Assembly (NCBI GenBank): GCA_023450775.1
Contig: JAEXGP010000320.1
Span: forward strand, 1 to 42,688
DNA: 42,688 bases
From: Actinomycetes bacterium
GTDB lineage: Bacteria; Actinomycetota; Acidimicrobiia; Acidimicrobiales; Microtrichaceae
Reading direction: 5' to 3'
Shown here: in pieces, positions 7,485 to 16,212 of the stretch
Layout of the letters: the number at the start of each line of letters is the position of its first letter
Numbering within the stretch: the first letter of the stretch is position 1
Program-made: the position numbers and the translations under genes
The notes under the pieces: model-generated
Told to the model about the DNA's origin: nothing
Database searches by the model: none
Seen by the model: the letters and a program-made list of their open reading frames with translations, nothing else

Positions 7485-10268
7485 ATGGAGGGAGAAGATG
7501 AAGGGCGCGCACGCGTCTTCGTGAGCTATCGACGGAACGTCGACCTCGCCGCAGCTCGACAGGTCGTCCTGTCGCTGCGTCAGCGACTGGAGGAGGATCA
7601 GCTCTTCTACGCCGAACTGGACTCCTCGATCCCTCCCGTCTCCAGGTGGAAGGACCAGATCGACAAGGGCCTCGACTCCGCAGCGGTGTTCGTCCTCGTC
7701 ACGGGCCCCGACTGGTTGGACGAGTTGAAGCGCCGGGAGGCCGACGGGAAGACGGACTACCAGCTCTACGAGATCGCGAGGGCGCTGGAGGCGGACCTCC
7801 CGATCTTCTGGGTTCTGATGGACGGCGCCGGCGACCGGCCACCCGAGCCCGACGACCTACCGGAGGAGATCCGAGCGCTGTGCGAGGTGCAGGCGGTCGA
7901 CCTCCCGCAACGACACTTCCACCACCTCGTCGAGCCGCTCGTCGACCGCATCGTCGGCCTCCTCCAGGAGACGGGAGACAGCACCCGGCGCAACGGGAGG
8001 CGGTCGGCGGGTCCCAGGACCGAGCTTCTCGTCGGTCCGCTCGAGACCGGTGCGCCGTTCCGGGAGATCGCCCACGCGGTCGACGCCGCCAGCCCGGGCA
8101 GCATCGTCCGCGTCCTGCCCGGCACCTACCACGAGCCGGTCGTTATCGGTGAGACCGTCACGATCCTGGGCGCCGGACCGGAGGCGACGATGCTCCGGAC
8201 CGCCGGAATATGCCTGGACGTAGCCGCCGACGACGTGGAGATCGGCCAGATCGGCGTGGTGCTGGAATCGAAGGACGACGGCGGCGTCGGCATCAGGGTG
8301 AGCGGGGTGAACGCCCTGATCGACGGATGTGATGTCGCCGGCGGTCTCGCACCCGGTTCCATCGGCATCGTGGTCACCGAATCGGCTCGTGCGGCAACGG
8401 TGCGGTCCACCGTGGTGCACCATCTCACGCTCGGGATCGACCTGGCCGGCTCGGGCGATCACGTCGTGGACGACTGCCGTCTGACGAACCTGGAGGAGAC
8501 CGGCATCCTCGCGTGCGCGCCCGCCCACGTCACCGACTGCGACTTCAAGCGGATCCCTCGGAACGCCGTCGTGATTGGTGCCGGCGGGGAGGCCGTCGTC
8601 GAGCGTTCGCGCTTCTCGGGGAAGGACCGCCGTTACCGCTGTGTCGATGGCGGTCGGCTGCTGCTGCGCGGCGCGCGGGGCCGCGCTGGCACCATGCGGG
8701 AGATCGGGTTGGCGTTCAACCTGGGAGCCATCGACAAGGTGAACCTGTCGGGACTCCGCGAGCGGCACCGTCGTGGTGAAAAGGTCCGCCTCCGCGACAC
8801 GTTCACCGGTGGGACCGACGACGTCGTCGTCGTGGTCGACGGCGGCACAGTCGAGGTCCACGAGAGCGACCTCGCGGGGGTGTCGGTCGCGGACGGCGGG
8901 CACGTCCGTCTCCTCGACTGCGAGACGGAGGAGATCGCGGTGGCGGCGTCCGAGATCGAGATCGCGGAGACCTCGGCGGAGCGGATCCGGGCGTCGGAAG
9001 GCGCGACGGTCACGTTGCGGGGCTCCGTCGTCCGTCCGGTGTGGAAAGACAGCAAGTTTGACTACCACCCGCCGGCGATCTCGGTCGCGGACGGATCCGT
9101 CCTCCGGATCCTCGACGGGAGCGACATCGATACGGCCCACCGCAACAACTGGAACGGATCTGCTCAGTGTGCCGGGGTGGTGGCGAAGGACTCGACCGTC
9201 GAGGTGGCGGGTTCGACGGTCCTCGGCCTCAGAGCGACTGCGATCACCCAGGCCGCTGGGTCGCTCGAGCTGCATGATGCGACGGTGGATACCCGATCGC
9301 ACTCGGGCCCGACCGTCGACGTCTCGTCCGGCGCGACGGTGCTCGTGGTGGGATCGTCGATCACTGGCGCCGTCGCACTCGGCCGGGCTCGCACGACGGG
9401 CACCGACTCGACGTTCAAGGGGGGACTCACTGCGACCGATGCCGTCGTCGACCTCACCGGCTGCCAGGTCGTGACCAACACGCTCAGCGGCACGCTGACC
9501 GTCGACGGTGGAACCGATCTGTCGTGCACCGGGGGCACCGTCCGGACCCCGCTCGTCGTGCGGGGCCACGACGTCCGCGTGCGCCTGACCGATGCACGAT
9601 TCGACGGTGAGGTCCGGGTCGACGCGGTCGGATCCGTCGAGGTCGCCGACTGCGTCCTGAACAAGACGTTGTCAGTGGCCGGGGATCGTCTCGAGGTGGC
9701 GGTGAACGGCGGCGAGATCCGCTCGTTGACCGTCGAGACCGACGTGGCGGTCCGGGATGTCACCGTTCGGGACGTCTCGATCGGGTCGGTGCGCGCCGAG
9801 CTGTCCACGTGCGAGATCGTCGGCCGGCTGAAGGTCGAAGAGGGAGGATCGGCCGAACTACGTGGGTGCACCGTGAGGACGGGACAGGTCGTGGTCGGAG
9901 GAGGCGGGACGGCGACCCTGCTGGATTGCCAGATCGTCGAGGTGGTGGCCCGGGGCGACGGTCCGGACGACGCGGGCCTGGTCGTCGCGCCATACGGCAC
10001 GCTGGACGTGGTGGGTGGTCGGGTGGCGAGCCCGCAGGAGATCAAGGCGCCGAAGATCCTGCTCCGACGGTCCACCAAGGAGAAGGCCGAGCGTCTTGCT
10101 GGTCTCGGCGGTGCCCGAGTCGTCAGCGTCCATGAGGACGGTCATGCCCGGTTCGAACGCGTGGCGTTCAGCGAGCTGGGCACCGCGCCGGTCCTGCTCG
10201 CGGACGGCGCGTACGCCCGGTTCGACGACTGTACGCTGGACGGCGAACCGTGGCGGCCGGTGCCGTGA
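7485..10268 (+). CDS. TIR-domain protein fused to a long right-handed parallel beta-helix (pectin-lyase-like) region
   Basis: TIR: 'RVFVSYRR...WKDQIDKGLDSAAVFVLVTGPDW...DYQLYEIARALEADLPIFWVLMDG'. Beta-helix cap 'PFREIAHAVDAASPGSIVRVLPGTYHEPVVIGETVTILGAG' and ~700 aa of V/G/D-rich strands. Start is ATG 7485 (alternative 7467), with CACAAT at 7471-7476. Confidence 0.8.
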   Translation: MEGEDEGRARVFVSYRRNVDLAAARQVVLSLRQRLEEDQLFYAELDSSIPPVSRWKDQIDKGLDSAAVFVLVTGPDWLDELKRREADGKTDYQLYEIARALEADLPIFWVLMDGAGDRPPEPDDLPEEIRALCEVQAVDLPQRHFHHLVEPLVDRIVGLLQETGDSTRRNGRRSAGPRTELLVGPLETGAPFREIAHAVDAASPGSIVRVLPGTYHEPVVIGETVTILGAGPEATMLRTAGICLDVAADDVEIGQIGVVLESKDDGGVGIRVSGVNALIDGCDVAGGLAPGSIGIVVTESARAATVRSTVVHHLTLGIDLAGSGDHVVDDCRLTNLEETGILACAPAHVTDCDFKRIPRNAVVIGAGGEAVVERSRFSGKDRRYRCVDGGRLLLRGARGRAGTMREIGLAFNLGAIDKVNLSGLRERHRRGEKVRLRDTFTGGTDDVVVVVDGGTVEVHESDLAGVSVADGGHVRLLDCETEEIAVAASEIEIAETSAERIRASEGATVTLRGSVVRPVWKDSKFDYHPPAISVADGSVLRILDGSDIDTAHRNNWNGSAQCAGVVAKDSTVEVAGSTVLGLRATAITQAAGSLELHDATVDTRSHSGPTVDVSSGATVLVVGSSITGAVALGRARTTGTDSTFKGGLTATDAVVDLTGCQVVTNTLSGTLTVDGGTDLSCTGGTVRTPLVVRGHDVRVRLTDARFDGEVRVDAVGSVEVADCVLNKTLSVAGDRLEVAVNGGEIRSLTVETDVAVRDVTVRDVSIGSVRAELSTCEIVGRLKVEEGGSAELRGCTVRTGQVVVGGGGTATLLDCQIVEVVARGDGPDDAGLVVAPYGTLDVVGGRVASPQEIKAPKILLRRSTKEKAERLAGLGGARVVSVHEDGHARFERVAFSELGTAPVLLADGAYARFDDCTLDGEPWRPVP

Positions 10269-10298
10269 CCGCCGCTCCACCGATCGCGTGCGGTGGCG

Positions 10299-11204
10299 TC
10301 AGTCCAGTCGGTAGTCGATGACGTAGAGCGCAGTCCCCGCGCCGACGAACACTGTCACCAGCGCGCTGATGATCGTCAGCTCGGTGGCGATCGCCAACCC
10401 GATTCCAGCGCCGGTCACCCCCTCCGCGAAGGCGATCGCCTGCATCGCACCGGCGGCGAGGCCGGCCGGGATGAGCGTGAGCACGAACAGCCGGAGGAAG
10501 ACGGTGAACGTCCGTCCTTGCACCTCCCGCCACGACATAGCGAGGCACTGTGCCCACCCCCAACCAGGCGTGAGGTGGTCATCGGCCACCGCGATGGCTA
10601 CGACGAAGCTGGTCCGAGTGACGACGAACAGCATGACCACCTGGAGCGTCAGCTGCACCGGCACGGAGACCCACAGCGTCCAGCCGTTCATGACGATCGC
10701 CGGGACGAACAGCAGTGCATACGCGCTGACGGCCACGACGGTCCATGCCATCAGCACTCGAGGGACTCTGCGGACCGCGTGGAGCAGGTTCGAGCGGCTG
10801 GGGAGTGCGTCCCCGGCGCGCCTCGACACCCCGATGGAGAAGTAAGTCTGCGAAAACGCGGTCAGCAGCGCCCAGGCCCCGAGGACCAGTCGGGCGATCG
10901 TCCGGGACTCGCCGAACGAGCGGTCGATGGCGCCGCTCACCCGCTCCCACAGCGCGTCCCTGGTGCCGACCACGCCCAGGTGGAACGCGTCGTCCACCTT
11001 CCAGAGGTCCTCCATCGACATCAGCTCAGCGGACGTCCACACCGAGCGGAGGCCCCACGCGAGCAGCAGGTCGAGGGCGAGCCAGACGATCAGGATGGCG
11101 AGCACCAGCGACGGGAGCGCGAGCGCGACTGCGCCGAACGCCCGCGGAAGCACCCACTCCGGCTCATCCGTCGTGTCGCTCGCGATCTCGGGTGGAGACG
11201 TCAT
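10299..11204 (-). CDS. Hypothetical multi-pass membrane protein (~6 hydrophobic segments)
   Basis: Several long hydrophobic stretches. Third co-oriented gene, 31 nt after the VirD4-like stop. No confident family. Confidence 0.7.
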   Translation of the reverse strand: MTSPPEIASDTTDEPEWVLPRAFGAVALALPSLVLAILIVWLALDLLLAWGLRSVWTSAELMSMEDLWKVDDAFHLGVVGTRDALWERVSGAIDRSFGESRTIARLVLGAWALLTAFSQTYFSIGVSRRAGDALPSRSNLLHAVRRVPRVLMAWTVVAVSAYALLFVPAIVMNGWTLWVSVPVQLTLQVVMLFVVTRTSFVVAIAVADDHLTPGWGWAQCLAMSWREVQGRTFTVFLRLFVLTLIPAGLAAGAMQAIAFAEGVTGAGIGLAIATELTIISALVTVFVGAGTALYVIDYRLD

Positions 11205-11235
11205 CGGGTCAGCGGGGTTCCGGAGCGTCGGCCAG

Positions 11236-12495
11236 TCAGGGCTCTCGCAGCGCGGCGGCGACCAGCTCGGGGTCCTCGAAGCTGCGGCGCGTCAGCAGGA
11301 TCTCCGGCGGCAGGTGTCGGTAGATGCACAGCGTCTCGTCGGGTTGGAGGCGCCGGAGCAGCGAGCTGGGCCGACCGACGACGTCGGTGGGGAGCTCCTC
11401 TGGCAGGAGGATCTCATCGAGCATCTGGTAGGTCCGTCCTTCCCGCATGCCCGGGAACACGACCATGGCGCCGTGGTTGACGGCGATCGTGGCTGCCCGC
11501 TCGTACCCGTACGCCGAGATCGCCTGGTTCATGTTGTGGAAGATGGTGACGAGCTGCATGCCGGAGCCCGCAGCGGTTGTCGCCAACCGGTCCAGATCGG
11601 GGAGACGGCAGACGTTGCCCGCCTCGTCGAGGGCGATCAGCAGCGGACGCGTGATGCGGCGGCCCTCCGAGTCGCGGCCGTACACCTTGCCGATGAGGTG
11701 ACGGACCAGCCCCGTGATGATCGGAGCGAGCTCCTGCTGGCTGTCCGGCGGGACGCAGAGGTAGAGCGTGTTGGCCCCGCCGTCCAAGAACTCGTCGGCA
11801 TCGAACAGCTCGCCCTCGGTGGACGAGAGGACCTGGTCGGTCTGGTAGGCGGTCAGCACGCTCAGCGCTGTGGCCCGCACGCCCCCGGCGGTGACGTCGG
11901 GATAGCTGGTGAAGGCGCTGAAGATGTTGGCGGGCTGCGCCTCGACCCGTTGGCCGGCCCGGTCCAGCGCTCGGGCCATCTCCATGTTCGTGGCGTCCTG
12001 CAGCCACGTGAGCACGGCGCGCATGGAGCCGCGATCCACGTTGGCGAGGCGCAGCGCTGCTGCCAAGAGGCGTTGCGCCTCGGAGTACCAGAACTCGCCA
12101 TCGGTGACGCCGGCCTTGTCGACGGAGTTGACCAGCCAGTGGGCGAGCGAGAACGCCTGGTCCCACGAGTCCGACAGCTGCACCGGGTCCCACCCCACTC
12201 GTGGCAGGTCGCCGAGCTTCCCCGTCGGCTCGAACACCGAGGCCCGCCCGATCGCTGCTCGCGCGGCGATCGTGGCATCGACCACGTCGCGTCGCACCGA
12301 GGTGATGATCGCCGGCCCTTCCCACTCGAGCAGCGAGGGGACGATGAAGCCGGTCGTCTTGCCGGTGCGAGGCGCACCGAGGACCAGGATCGGCTGGCAC
12401 TCCTCGGCTCGGACGACGCCGTCGTCGGTGCGGCCGAGGGCGATCCGGTGTCCCGCGGGAACGTCGTCGCCGAGCTCCTCGGCGAGCCTGCTCAC
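11236..12495 (-). CDS. VirD4/TraG-like type IV coupling-protein ATPase, lacking N-terminal TM anchor
   Basis: 'ILVLGAPRTGKTTGFIVPSLLEWEGPAIITSVRRD', 'VGWDPV', 'FWYSEAQRLL', 'NTLYLC', Walker B 'LLIALDEAGN', 'GSGMQLVTIFHNMNQ'. GTG 12495 overlaps the upstream TGA (GTGA). Confidence 0.82.
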   Translation of the reverse strand: MSRLAEELGDDVPAGHRIALGRTDDGVVRAEECQPILVLGAPRTGKTTGFIVPSLLEWEGPAIITSVRRDVVDATIAARAAIGRASVFEPTGKLGDLPRVGWDPVQLSDSWDQAFSLAHWLVNSVDKAGVTDGEFWYSEAQRLLAAALRLANVDRGSMRAVLTWLQDATNMEMARALDRAGQRVEAQPANIFSAFTSYPDVTAGGVRATALSVLTAYQTDQVLSSTEGELFDADEFLDGGANTLYLCVPPDSQQELAPIITGLVRHLIGKVYGRDSEGRRITRPLLIALDEAGNVCRLPDLDRLATTAAGSGMQLVTIFHNMNQAISAYGYERAATIAVNHGAMVVFPGMREGRTYQMLDEILLPEELPTDVVGRPSSLLRRLQPDETLCIYRHLPPEILLTRRSFEDPELVAAALREP

Positions 12496-14453
12496 AGGTA
12501 CATCCCGGGGACGCAGGACTCGGATCCATCCAGACCGTGGAGCCGAAGCAGCGCCGGTAGGTCCCAGACCTCGTGGGGCCCGATCACCTCGATCGGATCG
12601 CCATCGTCGCGGCGGTCGACCAGGTGGCCCGGTACCACGACCCGGTCCCACTCCATCGCGCGGATCAGATTGCGGATGATGGGCTCCGGTAGATCGATGG
12701 GCTCGACAGCGCCTCGCGGCGACAGCACGCCCAGCACGCCGACCGAGGCATCGAGCGGTCGACCGGCGGCGAGGCTGCAGGAGGCGAGTGCGGCGGCGAC
12801 CGAGAGCCACGGAGCGTGCCAGCCTCCATCAGTAGACTGCAGACCGATCGTGACGCGGATGCCCGCGGGCAGCGAGATCCCGAGTGGCGAAAGGTCGCGG
12901 GCGGTCTCGACGGCGTCCCGGATGAGTGCGGCTGTCCGCGGATGGACCGCGTCGGGGACGAGCGTGCCGGACCACCCGCGGATCGCGGTGGCGTCGAGTG
13001 CCGTCGGGAAGCCCGATGAGTCGTCGATGAGGGGAACCGGGTAGCTGCCCGGAGCGTTGGTCCCCGCTGGCCGGCGTACCGGGCCGAGCACGGCGTCCAG
13101 CCCGTGCCGGTCGATAGGGGCGGCGTCATCGCTGCTCACCCAGGTCGCGACCACTCGGGCCAGATCGCGTTCGAGCTCGCGCATTCCTGCCCGGGCATCG
13201 TGTCGGTCGACGAGGTCGCCGACGAGGTCGGGAGTCACGATGGCGGTCGGTTCGACACCGTGGGGCCTGCACAGCGAGGGGAGAATGAACCGCTCCGTGA
13301 TGAGCTTCCGGTCCTGCGGCGACGGTGGTCCCAGCTCGATGACCTCGGCGTGGTCGCGCAACCCAGCGGGTACGCCGGCGAGGCTCCGAGCCGAGACGAC
13401 GACCAGGAATGATCCGAGATCGAGCCCGAACCCGTCGGGGAGGTAGCGGTCACGAAGCATCCGGTCGGGGCGGTCGGCCAGGTCGATGAGCGTCGCCGCC
13501 AGCGTGCCGGCGGCGGTGTCGCCGACTTCGTCGATCCCTTCCAGGAACAGCACCGCGCGCCGTCCGGCCGCGGCCAGCCCCGCTTCGACGAACTCCCCGC
13601 GCGAGGCGTCGTCGGGTGGGGACCACTCACCGAGCAGGCCGACGCGAGGATCCGGCAGCGACGCGCACCGGACGTGGTGGAACGACCGGGCGAGTGCAGC
13701 AGCCGTGGCACGGACGAACCGCCGCTTGCCGACCGACGGAGGCCCGCACAGCACCACGATCCGTGGTGCGCGACGTGTCCGCTCGACGGAGCGATCGACC
13801 AACCACTCTCCCTCGACCACGGCGCGGAGTCGGTCGTCGAGGACGACGACCTCGGCATCGAGTCGGTCGAACACTGCGGCGAGCGCCGGTGGCTCGGGAG
13901 GTCGAGGAACAGACGCGAGCACGAAGCAGTCGTCGAGGAGCTGCTCGTAGGCATCCGCCATGCGAGCGTCGAGCGACCGTGAACGGCGGGTCAGGCGTTG
14001 GAGGCAGGCGGTCTGCTCGTCCGTGAGCCGGTCGGCGCGCTGGAGCCGACGCCATCGCTCCGTGGGCAGCGGGGCGGACCGCCGCCGGCCGAGTCCTGTC
14101 GACCGGTGGAGCTGGAGTAGAGCCTCTGCTGTCAACCCGTGCGGCTCGGTGATCTGCAACACGACGTTCAGGGTCCACTCGACCTCGGTGTCCGCCGTTC
14201 CGTCGATGAGGCTCCGGGCCACGTCCCTCGCTCCCGCGACGTCGAGCGACGACACCCGATCCAGGCCCTGCTCGAGGCGAACGGCCAAGCGGTCACCGAG
14301 GCGCTCCCGACCTCGACACACCAGCTCGTCGGCCCGGTCGGCGGCAACGACGACCGCATCGAGCACGCACCGTTCGACCGCGCCGAGATCGGGCCCGGCC
14401 GGCCCGACAGCGTCGCTCGTCCGATCCAGGTCCGCCCTTCCCTCAGCCGACAC
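12492..14453 (-). CDS. Degenerate LonA-like AAA+/protease-fold protein (probable pseudo-enzyme)
   Basis: Collinear with LonA: 'IVVLCGPPSVGKRR', 'VLFLEGIDEVG', 'LRDRYL...LDLGSFLVVVSA', 'GLRDHAEVIEL...RKLITERFILP', 'AGMRELERDLARVV', and protease-like 'AALASCSLAAGRPLDASVGVLGVLSPRGAVEPI'. GGAGG upstream of the GTG. Confidence 0.75.
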   Translation of the reverse strand: MSAEGRADLDRTSDAVGPAGPDLGAVERCVLDAVVVAADRADELVCRGRERLGDRLAVRLEQGLDRVSSLDVAGARDVARSLIDGTADTEVEWTLNVVLQITEPHGLTAEALLQLHRSTGLGRRRSAPLPTERWRRLQRADRLTDEQTACLQRLTRRSRSLDARMADAYEQLLDDCFVLASVPRPPEPPALAAVFDRLDAEVVVLDDRLRAVVEGEWLVDRSVERTRRAPRIVVLCGPPSVGKRRFVRATAAALARSFHHVRCASLPDPRVGLLGEWSPPDDASRGEFVEAGLAAAGRRAVLFLEGIDEVGDTAAGTLAATLIDLADRPDRMLRDRYLPDGFGLDLGSFLVVVSARSLAGVPAGLRDHAEVIELGPPSPQDRKLITERFILPSLCRPHGVEPTAIVTPDLVGDLVDRHDARAGMRELERDLARVVATWVSSDDAAPIDRHGLDAVLGPVRRPAGTNAPGSYPVPLIDDSSGFPTALDATAIRGWSGTLVPDAVHPRTAALIRDAVETARDLSPLGISLPAGIRVTIGLQSTDGGWHAPWLSVAAALASCSLAAGRPLDASVGVLGVLSPRGAVEPIDLPEPIIRNLIRAMEWDRVVVPGHLVDRRDDGDPIEVIGPHEVWDLPALLRLHGLDGSESCVPGMYL

Positions 14454-14616
14454 CCGACGCCGCCTCCCTCAGTGCGCGCCAGCCGGCTCGTCGCCGGCGC
14501 CGGTCAAGGTAGCAGCGCGCGTCGGGTGCGCTGCAGGGCGGTCCTCTGTGCCGGGCGTGCCACCATGGTTCGATCGCGGAGCGAGGGAGCGCTGTCGGGT
14601 GAGGTCGGAGAACACG

Positions 14617-16197
14617 GTGTTCGTCGCTCTGGCCAGGCTCACGCGGCACCGCTGGCGACTCACCTGGACACTGGTCGCGCTCGCCGCCGTGTCGGTGGTC
14701 CTCGGGGTGATCGGCTGGATCCAGGTTGCTCGTTCCGACGGCAGCAGCGTCGACGGATGGGCCGTGGTCTACGGCACGATCGGTCTGTTCGCATTCGTCC
14801 CCGATGTCGAGGGGGCGCCGTGGCCGCTCGCCGTTGCGCGGGTGACGGCACCGGTCACCACGGTCGGCGCAGCGTTGGCGGCGCTCCTGGCGTTCGCGGA
14901 CACACGGATCCACCGACGCGCTGCGAGCTCCGCACGGGATCACCTCGTGCTCTACGGGCCGTCGGAGCGAATCGGGCCGTACCTCAGCGCCGCCTTCGAC
15001 CATGTCCGCGACGGCGGGATCGTCGTGCGACTGGATCTCGACCAGGAGATCGGAGACGTGACGGTGGCCGGTGCCGACGATGACCTGGCCGATCGCGTGA
15101 CGACGGTCAGCGTGGCCGTCCGAGCCGACCCGTTCGGTCTGGTGCGCGACCGGTGGGACCGCGCAGCGGGCCCTGCACCCACGGACTGGGTGGTCGCCTC
15201 CGGCGCCGCCGCCGCCCGCTCGGCGGTGATCGCCACCGGGCGGGACGAGTGGAACATCGAGGCGCTCGGCGTGGCGCTCGACTCTGGCCTCCCCGGGGAA
15301 CGCCGGCGCCTGACCGTCGAGATCGACGACCGTTCCACTGCGTTGCGTCTCGCCGTGGCGTTCGCGGCGGAGCGGACCGACGAGGAGATCCAGGTCGTGT
15401 GCCGCGACGAGGTGCTGGCGCGGCGTGCCGTCGGCCGCCTGCTCGACTCAGCGTCCGCCACCCGAGTCGATGCGGAGGGACCGGACCTGACGATCGTCGG
15501 TGACGGCCCGATGGTGCAGCTCGTCGTGATGGAGCTCGGTCGGCGTCTGAATCGGCGCCACGTCGACGGCCTCGGACATCAGCGCCTGCCGCTGGAGATC
15601 ATCGACCCGGACCCGGACCGCGCCGCATCCCTTCAGCAGCGGGTCCGTTCGGGACGGCTCGAGGTACGGACGTCTCACGACCCTCACCGACTCCTCGACG
15701 ATCGCCGGCCGGTCCGGGCGTTCGTCGACTTCGCAGACCCGCAGCGCAGCCTCCGCTTCGCGCTCGAGCTCGCCGCCAGCAGTCCGGACCATTCCGTCTG
15801 GGGTCTGTTCGGACCCGGTCCGCTGCCGTTCGATCGACTGGTCTCGCTCGACGACCGTGAGGAGCTGTCGGCGTCCGATCTCGTCGGCCCGTTCACCCGC
15901 GCAGCGGCCGACGCGACGGCAGCCGGAACGCCGGTCACCGCCGGAATGTTGCGGGCGATGACCGCCGACCTCGTGACACACGGATGGTCGCTGGTCCCCA
16001 CGACCGGAACGAACGCGCCGACCGAGCTCGATCGAGCGACGATCGAGCGCCTTGCGTCGGTCGCTTCCTCTCGGGCTCCTCGACCCGGGGAGCCCGCGGC
16101 GCCCGGCGTTCAGGCCGCGATGGATCTGGCGGAAGACTTCCCAACCCTCGCAGATGCGGTCGGACTGGCCTTGGTCGAACCTCGGATCGAGGGCTGA
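14617..16197 (+). CDS. Membrane protein: 2 TM with pore-helix-like segment plus two degenerate RCK/TrkA-N-like Rossmann domains (channel-like)
   Basis: GGAG 6 nt before GTG 14617. TM1 'WTLVALAAVSVVLGVIGW', 'WAVVYGTIGLFAF', TM2 'PWPLAVARVTAPVTTVGAALAALL'. Rossmann-like starts 'DHLVLYGPSERIG' and 'DLTIVGDGPMVQLVVMEL', plus 'AVIATGRDEWNIEAL'. Confidence 0.6.
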   Translation: MFVALARLTRHRWRLTWTLVALAAVSVVLGVIGWIQVARSDGSSVDGWAVVYGTIGLFAFVPDVEGAPWPLAVARVTAPVTTVGAALAALLAFADTRIHRRAASSARDHLVLYGPSERIGPYLSAAFDHVRDGGIVVRLDLDQEIGDVTVAGADDDLADRVTTVSVAVRADPFGLVRDRWDRAAGPAPTDWVVASGAAAARSAVIATGRDEWNIEALGVALDSGLPGERRRLTVEIDDRSTALRLAVAFAAERTDEEIQVVCRDEVLARRAVGRLLDSASATRVDAEGPDLTIVGDGPMVQLVVMELGRRLNRRHVDGLGHQRLPLEIIDPDPDRAASLQQRVRSGRLEVRTSHDPHRLLDDRRPVRAFVDFADPQRSLRFALELAASSPDHSVWGLFGPGPLPFDRLVSLDDREELSASDLVGPFTRAAADATAAGTPVTAGMLRAMTADLVTHGWSLVPTTGTNAPTELDRATIERLASVASSRAPRPGEPAAPGVQAAMDLAEDFPTLADAVGLALVEPRIEG

Positions 16198-16212
16198 GTA
16201 GCTTTCGTCCGC

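Noticed and set aside
11236..14453. Integrative conjugative element or BREX system
   Set aside because: No integrase, relaxase, VirB4, att repeats or tRNA target; no pglX, pglZ or brxC. The Lon-like protein follows LonA rather than BrxL layout.
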